From contig SVLO01000002.1 of the NCBI GenBank assembly GCA_015067885.1, positions 36,606-100,605 on the forward strand: a stretch of DNA of 64,000 nt. Reading direction: 5' to 3'. Made by a program: the position numbers and the translations under genes. Positions 38,324-47,255 of this stretch are shown here, in pieces (the first letter of the stretch is position 1; every line of letters begins with the position of its first letter). The notes below the pieces were generated by a model, which saw nothing but the letters and a program-made list of their open reading frames with translations, was not told the origin of the DNA and did not search any database. Source of the DNA: Oscillospiraceae bacterium (GTDB taxonomy: Bacteria > Bacillota > Clostridia > Oscillospirales > Oscillospiraceae).

Positions 38324-39025
38324 TTAAGCGTTAAACAGGTAGCCAAGACCCCGGCGGGTCACAATAAAGGCCGGATTGGCGGGGTCGTCCTCCAGCTTTT
38401 CGCGCAGGCGGCGCACTGCCACGTCCACGCCGCGCACATCGCCCACGTAGCCGTCGTAGTTCCACACGTTTTCCATCAGCGCCTCCCGGGAGAAGGCCTT
38501 GCCCGGCTGGGCCGCCAGATAGCGCACCAGGTCATACTCCCGCTGGGTCAGTTCCAGGGCCATGCCGTCCTTTTCCACCACGGCGCGATCGGTGTCGATG
38601 GTAATGCGGCCGAACATCATGCGTTTGCCGTCGGTCTGCTCCGGCCCCGGAGCGGGCATACCCGCCCGGCGGATATTGGCCCGGACCCGAGCCAGCAGCT
38701 CCGCCATGGCAAAGGGCTTGGTGATATAGTCATCGGCGCCCAGCTCCAGACCCATGACCTTGTCCGCCTCTTCCTCCCGGGCGGTGAGCATGATGATGGG
38801 TATGGAGTTGCCGTCGGCCCGCAGGCGGCGGCACACCTCAAACCCATCCATTTGGGGCAGCATCAGGTCCAGCAGCATCAGGTCGGGATTCTGCTCCCGG
38901 GCCAGTTGCAGGCCGGTCTGTCCGTCATAGGCCTCGATGGTGTTGTAGCCCTCCCGCTCCAGCCGGAAGGACAGGATATCCACGATATTGGTTTCGTCTT
39001 CCACGATCAGAATGGTCTTTCCCAT
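38324..39025 (-). CDS. walR: WalR-like response regulator
   Basis: LLDLMLP, GLELGADDYITKPF, VDVAVRRLREKLEDDP and TRRGLGY motifs. Confidence 0.75.
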   Translation of the reverse strand: MGKTILIVEDETNIVDILSFRLEREGYNTIEAYDGQTGLQLAREQNPDLMLLDLMLPQMDGFEVCRRLRADGNSIPIIMLTAREEEADKVMGLELGADDYITKPFAMAELLARVRANIRRAGMPAPGPEQTDGKRMMFGRITIDTDRAVVEKDGMALELTQREYDLVRYLAAQPGKAFSREALMENVWNYDGYVGDVRGVDVAVRRLREKLEDDPANPAFIVTRRGLGYLFNA

Positions 39026-39051
39026 GGTCAAACGCCCCTTTTCGTTTTTTA

Positions 39052-39588
39052 TCACAGGCCCAGCAGGACCTTGGTCTTCAATGTGGCCACAACGGTCTTG
39101 CCGTCCTGAATTTCCCCGGACATGACCCGCTCCACTAATTCGGTAAAGGGCAGGTACTCGATCTCCAAAAATTCGTCCTCGTCGGGATGGACGGGTACCC
39201 GGGTGCAGGCCCGGCCCAAATATATGTGCAGCTTTTCGGTGCAGAAACCGGGGGACACGTAGATGTGGCCCAGGTCGGTCATCTCCCCGGGGACAAGGCC
39301 CACTTCCTCCCCCAGCTCCCGCTCGGCGGCGGACCGGGGTTCCTCCCCATACTCCAGCTTGCCCGCAGGCAGCTCCAGCATAGTTCGGCCCAGGGGGTAG
39401 CGAAACTGGCGCACCACGGGTACCGTGCCGTCGTCCAGCAGGGCCAGCACGCACACGCCGCCGGGGTGTCCCACCACCTCGCGAAGGGCCGTCGCGCCGT
39501 CGGGCAGTTCCACCGTATCCACCGTCAGCTTGACGATTTTTCCCTCAAATTCCGTCCGGCTGGACAGGGTCTTTTCAGTCAGTTCCAT
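39052..39588 (-). CDS. nudF: NUDIX hydrolase, ADP-ribose pyrophosphatase-like
   Basis: VRQFRYP, ELPAGKLE...AERELGEEVG and SPGF motifs. Confidence 0.88.
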   Translation of the reverse strand: MELTEKTLSSRTEFEGKIVKLTVDTVELPDGATALREVVGHPGGVCVLALLDDGTVPVVRQFRYPLGRTMLELPAGKLEYGEEPRSAAERELGEEVGLVPGEMTDLGHIYVSPGFCTEKLHIYLGRACTRVPVHPDEDEFLEIEYLPFTELVERVMSGEIQDGKTVVATLKTKVLLGL

Positions 39589-39794
39589 ATATACATCCTC
39601 CGTACCGTGTTCGGTGATCCATTTGCACCGGACTTTCTGTATCGGTATATTATATCACAGTCCCTGCCGTTTGCCAAGAAAATGCCCCTGGCTTTCCCTC
39701 AATTTTTATCCGCCCGCACTGTCGGCTCCGGCTTTACTTTCCCCGCCTTGTGTGGTACAATCTTCAACACATAAGCAAACAGGAGGACTTTTAT

Positions 39795-40373
39795 ATGTCC
39801 CACCACTTTTTCGCCATGCTGTCCCGCATGAAATACATCAATCGCTGGGGCCTGATGCGCAACACCGTTGCCGAGAACATTCAGGAACATTCCCACCAGG
39901 TGGCCGTGCTGGCCCACGCCCTGGCCGTCATCCAAAACCGCTTCTTCGGCGGGCAGATCGACCCGGGTCAGGTGGCCGTGGCCGCCCTGTACCACGATGC
40001 CGGCGAAATACTGACCGGCGATATGCCCACCCCCATCAAGTACGACAACCCGGACATCCGGGCCGCCTACAAACAGGTGGAGTCCATGGCGGAGCAAAAG
40101 CTGCTGTCCATGCTGCCGGAGGAATTGCGCGCCGACTTCGACGACGCGGTCACCATCCCCGACCCAGAGGTCCACGCCCTGGTCAAGGCCGCGGACAAGC
40201 TGTCCGCCTACCTCAAATGCGTGGAGGAGGTCAAGGCCGGCAACGCCGAGTTCCGACTGGCCAAGGAACAGACCTTCGCCGCCCTGAACCGCAACCCCAT
40301 CCCCGCCCTGAAGTACTTTATGGACCACTTCCTGCCCGGCTTCGAGCTGACTTTGGATGAGCTGAACGGGTAA
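39795..40373 (+). CDS. yfbR: HD-domain 5'-deoxynucleotidase, YfbR-like
   Basis: RWGLMRN, ENIQEHS, YHD, TGDMPTPIKY and KAADKLSA motifs. Confidence 0.92.
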   Translation: MSHHFFAMLSRMKYINRWGLMRNTVAENIQEHSHQVAVLAHALAVIQNRFFGGQIDPGQVAVAALYHDAGEILTGDMPTPIKYDNPDIRAAYKQVESMAEQKLLSMLPEELRADFDDAVTIPDPEVHALVKAADKLSAYLKCVEEVKAGNAEFRLAKEQTFAALNRNPIPALKYFMDHFLPGFELTLDELNG

Positions 40374-40420
40374 TATCTCATATCTCTTAGGAGCAACCAA
40401 ACAGAAAAGGAGTTTTTCAC

Positions 40421-40690
40421 ATGAAGGCAATCGTAACCGTCATCGGCAAGGACCAGGTGGGCATCATCGCCGCCGTCTGCTCCCTGCTGGCCGAACACAG
40501 CATCAACATCCTGGACATCACCCAGACCGTACTGCAGGACTATTTTACCATGGTCATGCTGGTGGACACCTCCGCCTGCTCCCTGCCCATCGGTGATATG
40601 TCCGACCTGCTGGCCAAGGCCGGCGAGAAGCGCGGCCTGTCCATCCGTATCCAGCGGGAGGATATTTTCAACGCCATGCATCGCATCTGA
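40421..40690 (+). CDS. ACT-domain protein (UPF0237)
   Basis: MKAIVTVIGKDQVGIIA...EDIFNAMHRI. Confidence 0.92.
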   Translation: MKAIVTVIGKDQVGIIAAVCSLLAEHSINILDITQTVLQDYFTMVMLVDTSACSLPIGDMSDLLAKAGEKRGLSIRIQREDIFNAMHRI

Positions 40691-40696
40691 TAAATA

Positions 40697-40878
40697 AGCT
40701 CCCCCTCGGGGGCTGCATAGCCGTTGGCGGCTTTGCCGCCTTACGGATATGGCGTACCCCTTGCGGGTTGAAGCTGTCAGCCGCAAGGCTGACTGATGAG
40801 GGGGCAATCATCGGACCGCGACCGTAAATCGCCCCCTCATCCGCCCCTGCGCGCCACCTTCCCCCCCAAAGGGAAGGT
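40697..40878. repeat. REP-like palindromic cluster A with a nested ~57-nt insert
   Basis: AAGCTGTCAGCCGCAAGGCTGACTGATGAGGGGGCA unit followed by an inverted partner CCCCTCATCC...CCTTCCCC..GGGAAGG. Confidence 0.8.
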
Positions 40879-40901
40879 CTTCAAAATAAGGAGTGAACAC
40901 C

Positions 40902-42260
40902 ATGCTCAACCAGCACGAAATTCTGCAGACCATCCGAATGATCGACCAGCAGCACCTGGACGTGCGCACCATCACCATGGGCATCAGCCTGCTGTCCTGC
41001 GCCCACAGTGAGGTCAAGGTGGCCTGCGACAACGTTTACGACAAAATCACCCGGGACGCGGAAAAGCTCGTTGCCACCGGCGAGGCCATCGAAAAGGAAT
41101 TCGGCATCCCCATCGTCAACAAGCGCATCTCCGTCACCCCCATCTCCCTGGTGGCTGCCGCCAGCCACACGGACAGCTACGCCCCCTTCGCCCAGGCTAT
41201 GGACCGGGCGGCAAAGACCTGCGGCGTCAACTTCATCGGCGGCTTCTCCGCCCTGGTGCAAAAGGGCATGACCGAGGCCGACCGCACCCTCATCCACTCC
41301 ATTCCCGAGGCACTGTCCACCACCGATATCGTCTGCGGCAGTGTCAACGTAGGTTCCACCAAGGCGGGTATCGACATGGACGCCGTGGCCCTCATGGGCC
41401 GCACCATCAAGGACCTGGCCGACCGCACCGCGGACACCCAGGGCTTCGGCTGCGCCAAGCTGGTGGTGTTCTGCAACGCGGTGGAGGATAACCCCTTCAT
41501 GGCCGGCGCCTTCCACGGCGTTGGCGAGGGGGAGCGGGTCATCAACGTGGGCGTTTCCGGCCCCGGCGTGGTGTCCCACGCCCTGCAGGGCGTGAAGGGC
41601 CAGCCCTTCGACGTGGTGGCCGAGACCGTGAAAAAGACCGCCTTCCGCATTACCCGCATGGGTCAGTTGGTGGCCCAGGAGGCCAGCCGTCGGCTGGACG
41701 TCCCCTTCGGCATTGTGGACCTGTCCCTGGCCCCCACCCCCGCCGTGGGCGACAGCGTGGCCCGGATCTTGGAGGAAATGGGTCTGGAGACCTGCGGCAT
41801 CCACGGCACCACCGCCGCCCTGGCCCTGCTGAACGACGCCGTCAAAAAGGGCGGCGTCATGGCCTCCTCCCACGTGGGCGGCCTGTCCGGCGCCTTCATC
41901 CCCGTCAGCGAGGACGAGGGTATGATCGCCGCCGCCAGCTCCGGCATCCTCACCCTGGACAAGCTGGAGGCCATGACCTGCGTGTGTTCCGTGGGTCTTG
42001 ATATGATCGCCGTCCCCGGCGACACCAGCGCCGAGACCATCTCCGCCATCATCGCCGACGAGGCGGCCATCGGCATGGTCAACTCCAAGACCACCGCCGT
42101 GCGCATCATCCCCGCCCCCGGCTGCAAGGTGGGCGACAGCGTGGAGTTCGGCGGCCTGCTTGGCTCCGCCCCTGTCATGCCCGTCCACCCCGGCTCCAGT
42201 GCCGACTTCATCGCCCGTGGCGGCCGCATCCCCGCCCCCATGCAGAGTTTGAAGAACTAA
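40902..42260 (+). CDS. DUF711 / UPF0210 (PFL-like) family protein
   Basis: [29 protein letters not shown] and CVCSVGLDM motifs; usual partner of the ACT protein. Confidence 0.93.
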   Translation: MLNQHEILQTIRMIDQQHLDVRTITMGISLLSCAHSEVKVACDNVYDKITRDAEKLVATGEAIEKEFGIPIVNKRISVTPISLVAAASHTDSYAPFAQAMDRAAKTCGVNFIGGFSALVQKGMTEADRTLIHSIPEALSTTDIVCGSVNVGSTKAGIDMDAVALMGRTIKDLADRTADTQGFGCAKLVVFCNAVEDNPFMAGAFHGVGEGERVINVGVSGPGVVSHALQGVKGQPFDVVAETVKKTAFRITRMGQLVAQEASRRLDVPFGIVDLSLAPTPAVGDSVARILEEMGLETCGIHGTTAALALLNDAVKKGGVMASSHVGGLSGAFIPVSEDEGMIAAASSGILTLDKLEAMTCVCSVGLDMIAVPGDTSAETISAIIADEAAIGMVNSKTTAVRIIPAPGCKVGDSVEFGGLLGSAPVMPVHPGSSADFIARGGRIPAPMQSLKN

Positions 42261-42268
42261 AAATGATC

Positions 42269-42490
42269 CGGGTCGTCGGGGACGCCGGCCCCTACGAAAT
42301 ATCCGAGGTGCTGACGTAGGGGCGCACATTGTGCGCCCGCTCACAGCTGCACTGCGGACCTGCCCCCTCATCAGTCAGCCTTGCGGCTGACAGCTTCTAC
42401 CCCCAGGGTGAAGCCTTTAGGCGCGTAGGGGCGGCCTGTGGCCGCCCGAAAAAGCCTTCCACATCGGGTAGGGCGGGGCTTGCCCCCGAC
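42269..42490. repeat. REP/REPIN mosaic cluster B
   Basis: GTAG-hairpin units at 42269-42295 (minus), 42316-42339, 42425-42448 and 42468-42488, plus a CCCCTCATCAGTCA unit at 42361-42415. Confidence 0.85.
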
Positions 42491-42541
42491 ACCCCCAAAG
42501 TTTTTCTCCCCGCACACCCAAAGGTCAAAGGAGCTATCCCC

Positions 42542-43093
42542 ATGTACATCGACCCCAACATCTACACCGGCCGCCCCGGGGACACGCGTACCCCGGCGGA
42601 GGAGGCCATCTACGACAAGCTGGACGAGCTGTCCACCCCCTATATCCGTGTGGACCACGACCACGCCGACACCATGGAGGACTGCCTGCTCATCGAAGAT
42701 AAACTGGGCGCCGCCATCTGCAAGAACCTGTTCCTCTGCAACCGTCAGCAGACCCAGTTCTACCTGCTGCTGATGCGGGGGGACAAGCCCTTCAAGACCA
42801 AGTTCCTCTCCGCCCAGCTTGGCTGCGCCCGGCTGTCCTTCGCCGACGAGGGACACATGGCCCACCTGCTGCACACCGTCCCCGGCTCCGTCTCCGCCCT
42901 GGAGCTGCTGTTCGACACCGAACATCAGGTCCAGCTTGTCATTGACAAGCCGCTGTTGGAGGACGAATTTATCAGCGCCCACCCGGGCCTGTCCCGCTCC
43001 ACCCTGCGCCTGACCCGGGCGGACCTGCTGAACTTCACCGCCTCCACCGGCCACGAACCCATTATCGTGGACCTGCCGGTGGAGGACGCCTGA
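42542..43093 (+). CDS. YbaK/ProX-family aminoacyl-tRNA editing protein
   Basis: CKNLFLCNR, ARLSFA, PGSVS and HP motifs; RBS AAAGGAG. Confidence 0.88.
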   Translation: MYIDPNIYTGRPGDTRTPAEEAIYDKLDELSTPYIRVDHDHADTMEDCLLIEDKLGAAICKNLFLCNRQQTQFYLLLMRGDKPFKTKFLSAQLGCARLSFADEGHMAHLLHTVPGSVSALELLFDTEHQVQLVIDKPLLEDEFISAHPGLSRSTLRLTRADLLNFTASTGHEPIIVDLPVEDA

Positions 43094-43098
43094 CCCTC

Positions 43099-43134
43099 AA
43101 CCCCCTGTGTTTCAACGAAAATACAGGGGGTTTT
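43099..43134 (+). terminator. Intrinsic terminator
   Basis: AACCCCCTGTGTTT...AAATACAGGGGGTTTT. Confidence 0.75.
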
Positions 43135-43144
43135 CGTTGAACCG

Positions 43145-43173
43145 TTGACAAAATCTGTGTATACATATAATAT
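43145..43173 (+). promoter_or_regulatory. SigA promoter of the lipoprotein gene
   Basis: TTGACA-N17-TAATAT (an alternative TATAAT lies at N15). Confidence 0.6.
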
Positions 43174-43211
43174 GATAATCAGCGTTTCCTCATCGAAAGG
43201 AGAGAAAAAGA

Positions 43212-45131
43212 ATGAAAAAGTTTTTATCCCTGCTGCTGGCAGCCGCGACCACAGCAACCCTGCTGGTGGGCTGCGGTAAAGAGCCTGTGGCGCCTCCCAT
43301 GCCTGACGTTATTCCCGACATCAACGACTTTATGGTGGTCGAAAAAGTCGGCACCATAAACGGTGTGGATGATGTTTTTGCCACCGATGCCGGTCTGAGA
43401 AGCCACGACTATGACTCCGGCAAATACGGTGTCCTGTCCCACGAGGGTCTGCACAACACCGGCTATATCTACGAAATGGCCGATAGTCTCTCCCTCGCCC
43501 GCTTTTACAAAGTAGCCACCACCAAACCCACCAGCGCCACCTCTGCCACCGCCCAAAACTGCTACGGTCTGATCGACAGCACCGGCCGTCAGATCATTCC
43601 CGAGTGTTACGCAGACTTCCTCTCCACCGGCAGCAGCCGCTTTATTGTCGCGGTCACCGCCACTGTTTACACCACCGTATCCGATGATAACACAGTCTAT
43701 ACGACCTACTTCGGCAACGAAAAGAGTATGTTCCAGGGCGAGTGGTGCGTGTACGACACCACCACCGGCCTTATCGTCCCCGGCGTCACCGGCACCACCA
43801 AGCTCACCCCCAGAGGCACTTGGGACGGCAATTACCTCAGTTACAAGCAGGGCGACCGCTATGTGGTTGTAGACGCCTTGGGCAACCTCGCCTCCAACGA
43901 GGGGCGGGACTACTTCGTCGACGGCTCCTACGCCGTGGAGGGCAAGGTCGGTGAGATGTTCGACCAAAAGGGCAACCGGCTCTTCTCCTACGACCTCACC
44001 GGTTTTATCCCCGAAGAAATGAGCCTGGACAGACAGTACTATATCGCCAAAAAACGCTTGGACGGCACCACCTATTACGCCGTCATGGACAAGACCGGCG
44101 CCATTGTTTCTGCCCAGTTCACCAGCTACATCTCTTTGGAGGGAAATCTGATTAAGTGCGACGATGCCGTTTATACCTTCGCCGGCCAAAAAATCGCAGA
44201 GGGTGAATATTATCTCTTTGTGGACGATGTCATCGGTCAGTATTACCTTTTGAAAGGTCATGGCGGCGCCGTCAAAGACACCTTCCAAATCATGGATAAG
44301 GACGGCAACCTGTACCTGACCGGCGTGGATGACGACAAACACTCCGCCAACAGCACCTTCGACGTCTACGCCACCAAGGACGACGGCGAAACTTACGTCT
44401 ACTGCTACAAGGATAAGGACTACACCATTAAAGACGGCTCCTATTTTGCCCCCTGGGTGGTCAAATGCGAGGCCGCCAACTTCCGCTATGACCTGGTGGA
44501 CACCCTCAGCGGCGACACCCTGTTGTCCGGCTACAAGAGCTATAGCCACATCATGAAGGACGAGTACTCTTACTACGTATACGCCGAATATGACGGCGGC
44601 ACTGATGTTTACCTGATTCTGCCCAACTCCAAGATCGCTGAAATGCGTGCCAAGCGGGACGCCCTGCTGGACGAGCTGATCGACGCCTTCCAGGCCGAGG
44701 GTATCACCGTCGACATCAATAAGGAAACCGGCGAGATGGCCATGGACGCCTCCGTCCTGTTCGGCGGCGACTCCGCCGTCCTCACCGATGCCGGCAAGGA
44801 CTTCCTCAACCGCTTTATCAAGGTCTATACCCAGGTGGCCTTCTCCGATAAGTACAAGGGCTTTATCTCCAAGACCCTGGTGGAGGGCCACACCGCCCCC
44901 ACCGGCGCCTCCCTGGCCGACAGTATGCCCCTGTCCGAGGAGCGTGCCGCCAACGTCATGAACTACTGTCTGTCCGGCGAGACCGGCGTGGACGTGTCCA
45001 AGATCCAGGGTACGCTGGAGGCCGTCGGCTACGGCAACGCCTACCCCATCCTGGACGCCAACGGCCAGGTCAACATGGCCGCCTCCCGCCGCGTGTCCTT
45101 CAAGTTCCTGGTGTCCGTCAACTTCCTGTAA
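43212..45131 (+). CDS. Lipoprotein with WG-like beta repeats and C-terminal OmpA/MotB-like domain
   Basis: LLVGC lipobox; YGLIDSTGRQIIP and AVMDKTG repeats; VLF...VEGHT...LSEERA...GYG...SRRVSF. Confidence 0.85.
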   Translation: MKKFLSLLLAAATTATLLVGCGKEPVAPPMPDVIPDINDFMVVEKVGTINGVDDVFATDAGLRSHDYDSGKYGVLSHEGLHNTGYIYEMADSLSLARFYKVATTKPTSATSATAQNCYGLIDSTGRQIIPECYADFLSTGSSRFIVAVTATVYTTVSDDNTVYTTYFGNEKSMFQGEWCVYDTTTGLIVPGVTGTTKLTPRGTWDGNYLSYKQGDRYVVVDALGNLASNEGRDYFVDGSYAVEGKVGEMFDQKGNRLFSYDLTGFIPEEMSLDRQYYIAKKRLDGTTYYAVMDKTGAIVSAQFTSYISLEGNLIKCDDAVYTFAGQKIAEGEYYLFVDDVIGQYYLLKGHGGAVKDTFQIMDKDGNLYLTGVDDDKHSANSTFDVYATKDDGETYVYCYKDKDYTIKDGSYFAPWVVKCEAANFRYDLVDTLSGDTLLSGYKSYSHIMKDEYSYYVYAEYDGGTDVYLILPNSKIAEMRAKRDALLDELIDAFQAEGITVDINKETGEMAMDASVLFGGDSAVLTDAGKDFLNRFIKVYTQVAFSDKYKGFISKTLVEGHTAPTGASLADSMPLSEERAANVMNYCLSGETGVDVSKIQGTLEAVGYGNAYPILDANGQVNMAASRRVSFKFLVSVNFL

Positions 45132-45154
45132 GCCGCGCCCCCACAACAGCAACA

Positions 45155-45192
45155 AACCCCGGTGTTCCAAACGGAACACCGGGGTTCTTTTT
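45155..45192. terminator. Bidirectional intrinsic terminator
   Basis: AACCCCGGTGTTCC-AAAC-GGAACACCGGGGTTCTTTTT. Confidence 0.85.
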
Positions 45193-45198
45193 GTCTGT

Positions 45199-45894
45199 TT
45201 ACGCCCTGCGGATAATACCCATAGGGGTACACTCGCCGCCCTGGCCCAGGGGGTTGTCGCCCAAAATCTGCTCCAAGGGCTGCTTTTTCAGCGCCTTGCT
45301 GGACCAGCCCAAAATGTTGGCGCCCAGGTCGTTGATGTCCACGATGGCCACCTCGTTGCCCAGATGGGCGGCCAGCTCCTTGGCCACCTTGGCGGGCGCG
45401 GCGGGAGCCAGCACCACGCAGTGGTCGTAGGGCGGAATGGTGCCGTGGGTGGGGCCGTCAATGCCCCGGGCCTTGGGTCCGGCCACGACGTAGAACCAGC
45501 CCTTCTGCCCCAGCAGCTTGCCGATGACGGAGCAGACCGCAGCGAACAGGATCCGCACCACGCCGCATTCCCGCAGGGCCATCTCCATGGTCTCGGGGAT
45601 GCCCAGGCCGATGCCATGAGGGGTCTTGGTCACGTGGTTGCTCAGCTTGACCGCCAGCTTGCGGGGCTTGATGTCCTCCATGAAGATGGCGCGGCTCTGG
45701 GTGCAGGCCACCGCCTTCTCCGAGATGAACAGCACGTCCCCCTCCTGCAGATGGGGCCGGGCGTACTGGTCCACGATGTCCTTCATGTCGTGCTCGTTGG
45801 TGATAAGGCACGTCTTAATGGGCAGGCGCAGCCAGTCCACGCCGTCCACCGTGCGCACGGCCTGCTTGCCGGGATTGCTTTGCAGTTCGCTCAT
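45199..45894 (-). CDS. CofE-like (F420-0:gamma-glutamyl ligase family) protein
   Basis: GDVLFISEKAVACTQSR, IVDINDLG and DNPLGQGGECTPMGIIR motifs; RBS GGAGG before ATG 45894. Confidence 0.8.
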   Translation of the reverse strand: MSELQSNPGKQAVRTVDGVDWLRLPIKTCLITNEHDMKDIVDQYARPHLQEGDVLFISEKAVACTQSRAIFMEDIKPRKLAVKLSNHVTKTPHGIGLGIPETMEMALRECGVVRILFAAVCSVIGKLLGQKGWFYVVAGPKARGIDGPTHGTIPPYDHCVVLAPAAPAKVAKELAAHLGNEVAIVDINDLGANILGWSSKALKKQPLEQILGDNPLGQGGECTPMGIIRRA

Positions 45895-45930
45895 GATTTT
45901 TTCCTCCGTATTTTCTTTATATATCTTCAA

Positions 45931-46192
45931 CAGCCCCTTGTGTAAAGGGGGCTGTCGGCGCAGCCGACTGGGGGATCGTCCGATTCCGTTGCAACCCCTC
46001 CGACCTCGCTCCGCTCGGCCACCTCCCCTTACACAGGGGAGGCTTTGGGGTGCGCCCGAAAAAACCTTCCCCTTGAGGGGAAGGGGGACCGCGGAGCGGT
46101 GGATGAGGTGGCGATAAGGAGACGTCTGCCGCAAACCTGCCCCCTCATCAGTCACGGCTTCGCCGTGCCAGCTTCCCCCCGAGGGGAAGGCT
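45931..46192. repeat. REP-like mosaic cluster C
   Basis: Four stacked hairpin units; 45932-46084 is duplicated at 47521-47674. Confidence 0.88.
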
Positions 46193-46196
46193 TTAT

Positions 46197-47222
46197 TCAC
46201 CCATTGGCCGTGACGATATTCGCCATCTCGTCGGTCACGGGTGTTTCATAGGGATTGAGCAGGTCGTTGATGTCCCGCAGGGTCTGCTCCCGGTCCAGCT
46301 CATAGCACCACTTGTAGCCGTTGTGGGTGGCGTCGCCCCGGCCGGACAGAGTCCGGGTGTCCACATTGCCCATGTCCAGGTACAGGGCCTGTCCGGCGAA
46401 GTACAGCACCTCGCTGGCGGTCAGGTCGGTCTGCACGTTGTCCATGCACACGTCCAAAAGGGGCTTGATCTTGCCCAAACTGCCCCAGGACAACACCTTG
46501 TCCAGCACCGCGCGGATCAGCGCCTGCTGGGTGTCGGCGCGGCCGGTGTCGGAGTAGCCGGTCATGTCGTTGTTGTGGCGGAAGCGCACCACCTCCAGCG
46601 CCTGCTGGCCGTTCAGGTGCTGCACGCCCTTTTTATAGTGGATGGACAGATCCTGCGCCGGGTCGTCGTAGTCCATGTCCACCGGCACGTCAAATTCCAC
46701 GCCCCCTACGGCATCCACCAGCTCTACAAAGGCCTTGATGTCCACCTTTATATAATAGTCGATGGGGATACCCAGCAGATGGCTGACCTCCTGCCGGACC
46801 CGGTCCACGTTTCCGTTGCCGTAGGCGCCATTGATCTTGGGGTAGTTGCTCCAATCCCGCTCCACAATGGTATCCCGGGGGATGGAAACCATGCCGATTT
46901 TTTGGTTTTCCACGTCGTAGGTGGCCACCATCAGGGTGTCCGCGTTGCCGTTGCCGTCGTCGGTACCCATGAGCAGGAAGGTGTAGCACAGGTCCCGGCG
47001 CTCCGGCTCGTCGGCCAGCTCCTCCATGTAGGAGGAGTCACCTCCGTTCTCCGGCAGAGAGGGCGCCTTGGGCGCGGGGACAAACAGCTTCCACAGCAGG
47101 AAAGCCGCCACGATCAGGGCGGACAACACTACAGCCACAAGATAGACGCCCTTCACAAACCGCACCAGCGGGCTTGCCCGCCGCCGCCGGCGAACCGGCT
47201 GCTGCACTCTGTGTCCTGCCAT
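46197..47222 (-). CDS. LCP (LytR-CpsA-Psr) family cell-wall polymer ligase
   Basis: FLLMGTD, ADTLMV, SIPRDT, KINGAY, VDAVGGV, VRFRH and DTGR..TQQ motifs. Confidence 0.93.
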   Translation of the reverse strand: MAGHRVQQPVRRRRRASPLVRFVKGVYLVAVVLSALIVAAFLLWKLFVPAPKAPSLPENGGDSSYMEELADEPERRDLCYTFLLMGTDDGNGNADTLMVATYDVENQKIGMVSIPRDTIVERDWSNYPKINGAYGNGNVDRVRQEVSHLLGIPIDYYIKVDIKAFVELVDAVGGVEFDVPVDMDYDDPAQDLSIHYKKGVQHLNGQQALEVVRFRHNNDMTGYSDTGRADTQQALIRAVLDKVLSWGSLGKIKPLLDVCMDNVQTDLTASEVLYFAGQALYLDMGNVDTRTLSGRGDATHNGYKWCYELDREQTLRDINDLLNPYETPVTDEMANIVTANG

Positions 47223-47255
47223 GCATTTGTCCCCCCTTTGTTGATAAATTTATTT

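Noticed and set aside
42329-42541. N-terminal extension of the YbaK/ProX protein
   Set aside because: It runs through REP cluster B; a good RBS precedes ATG 42542.
43212-45131. Complete Zorya defence system or flagellar stator
   Set aside because: No ZorA/MotA, ZorC/D/E or flagellar genes nearby, and the protein is a lipoprotein lacking the MotB TM helix.
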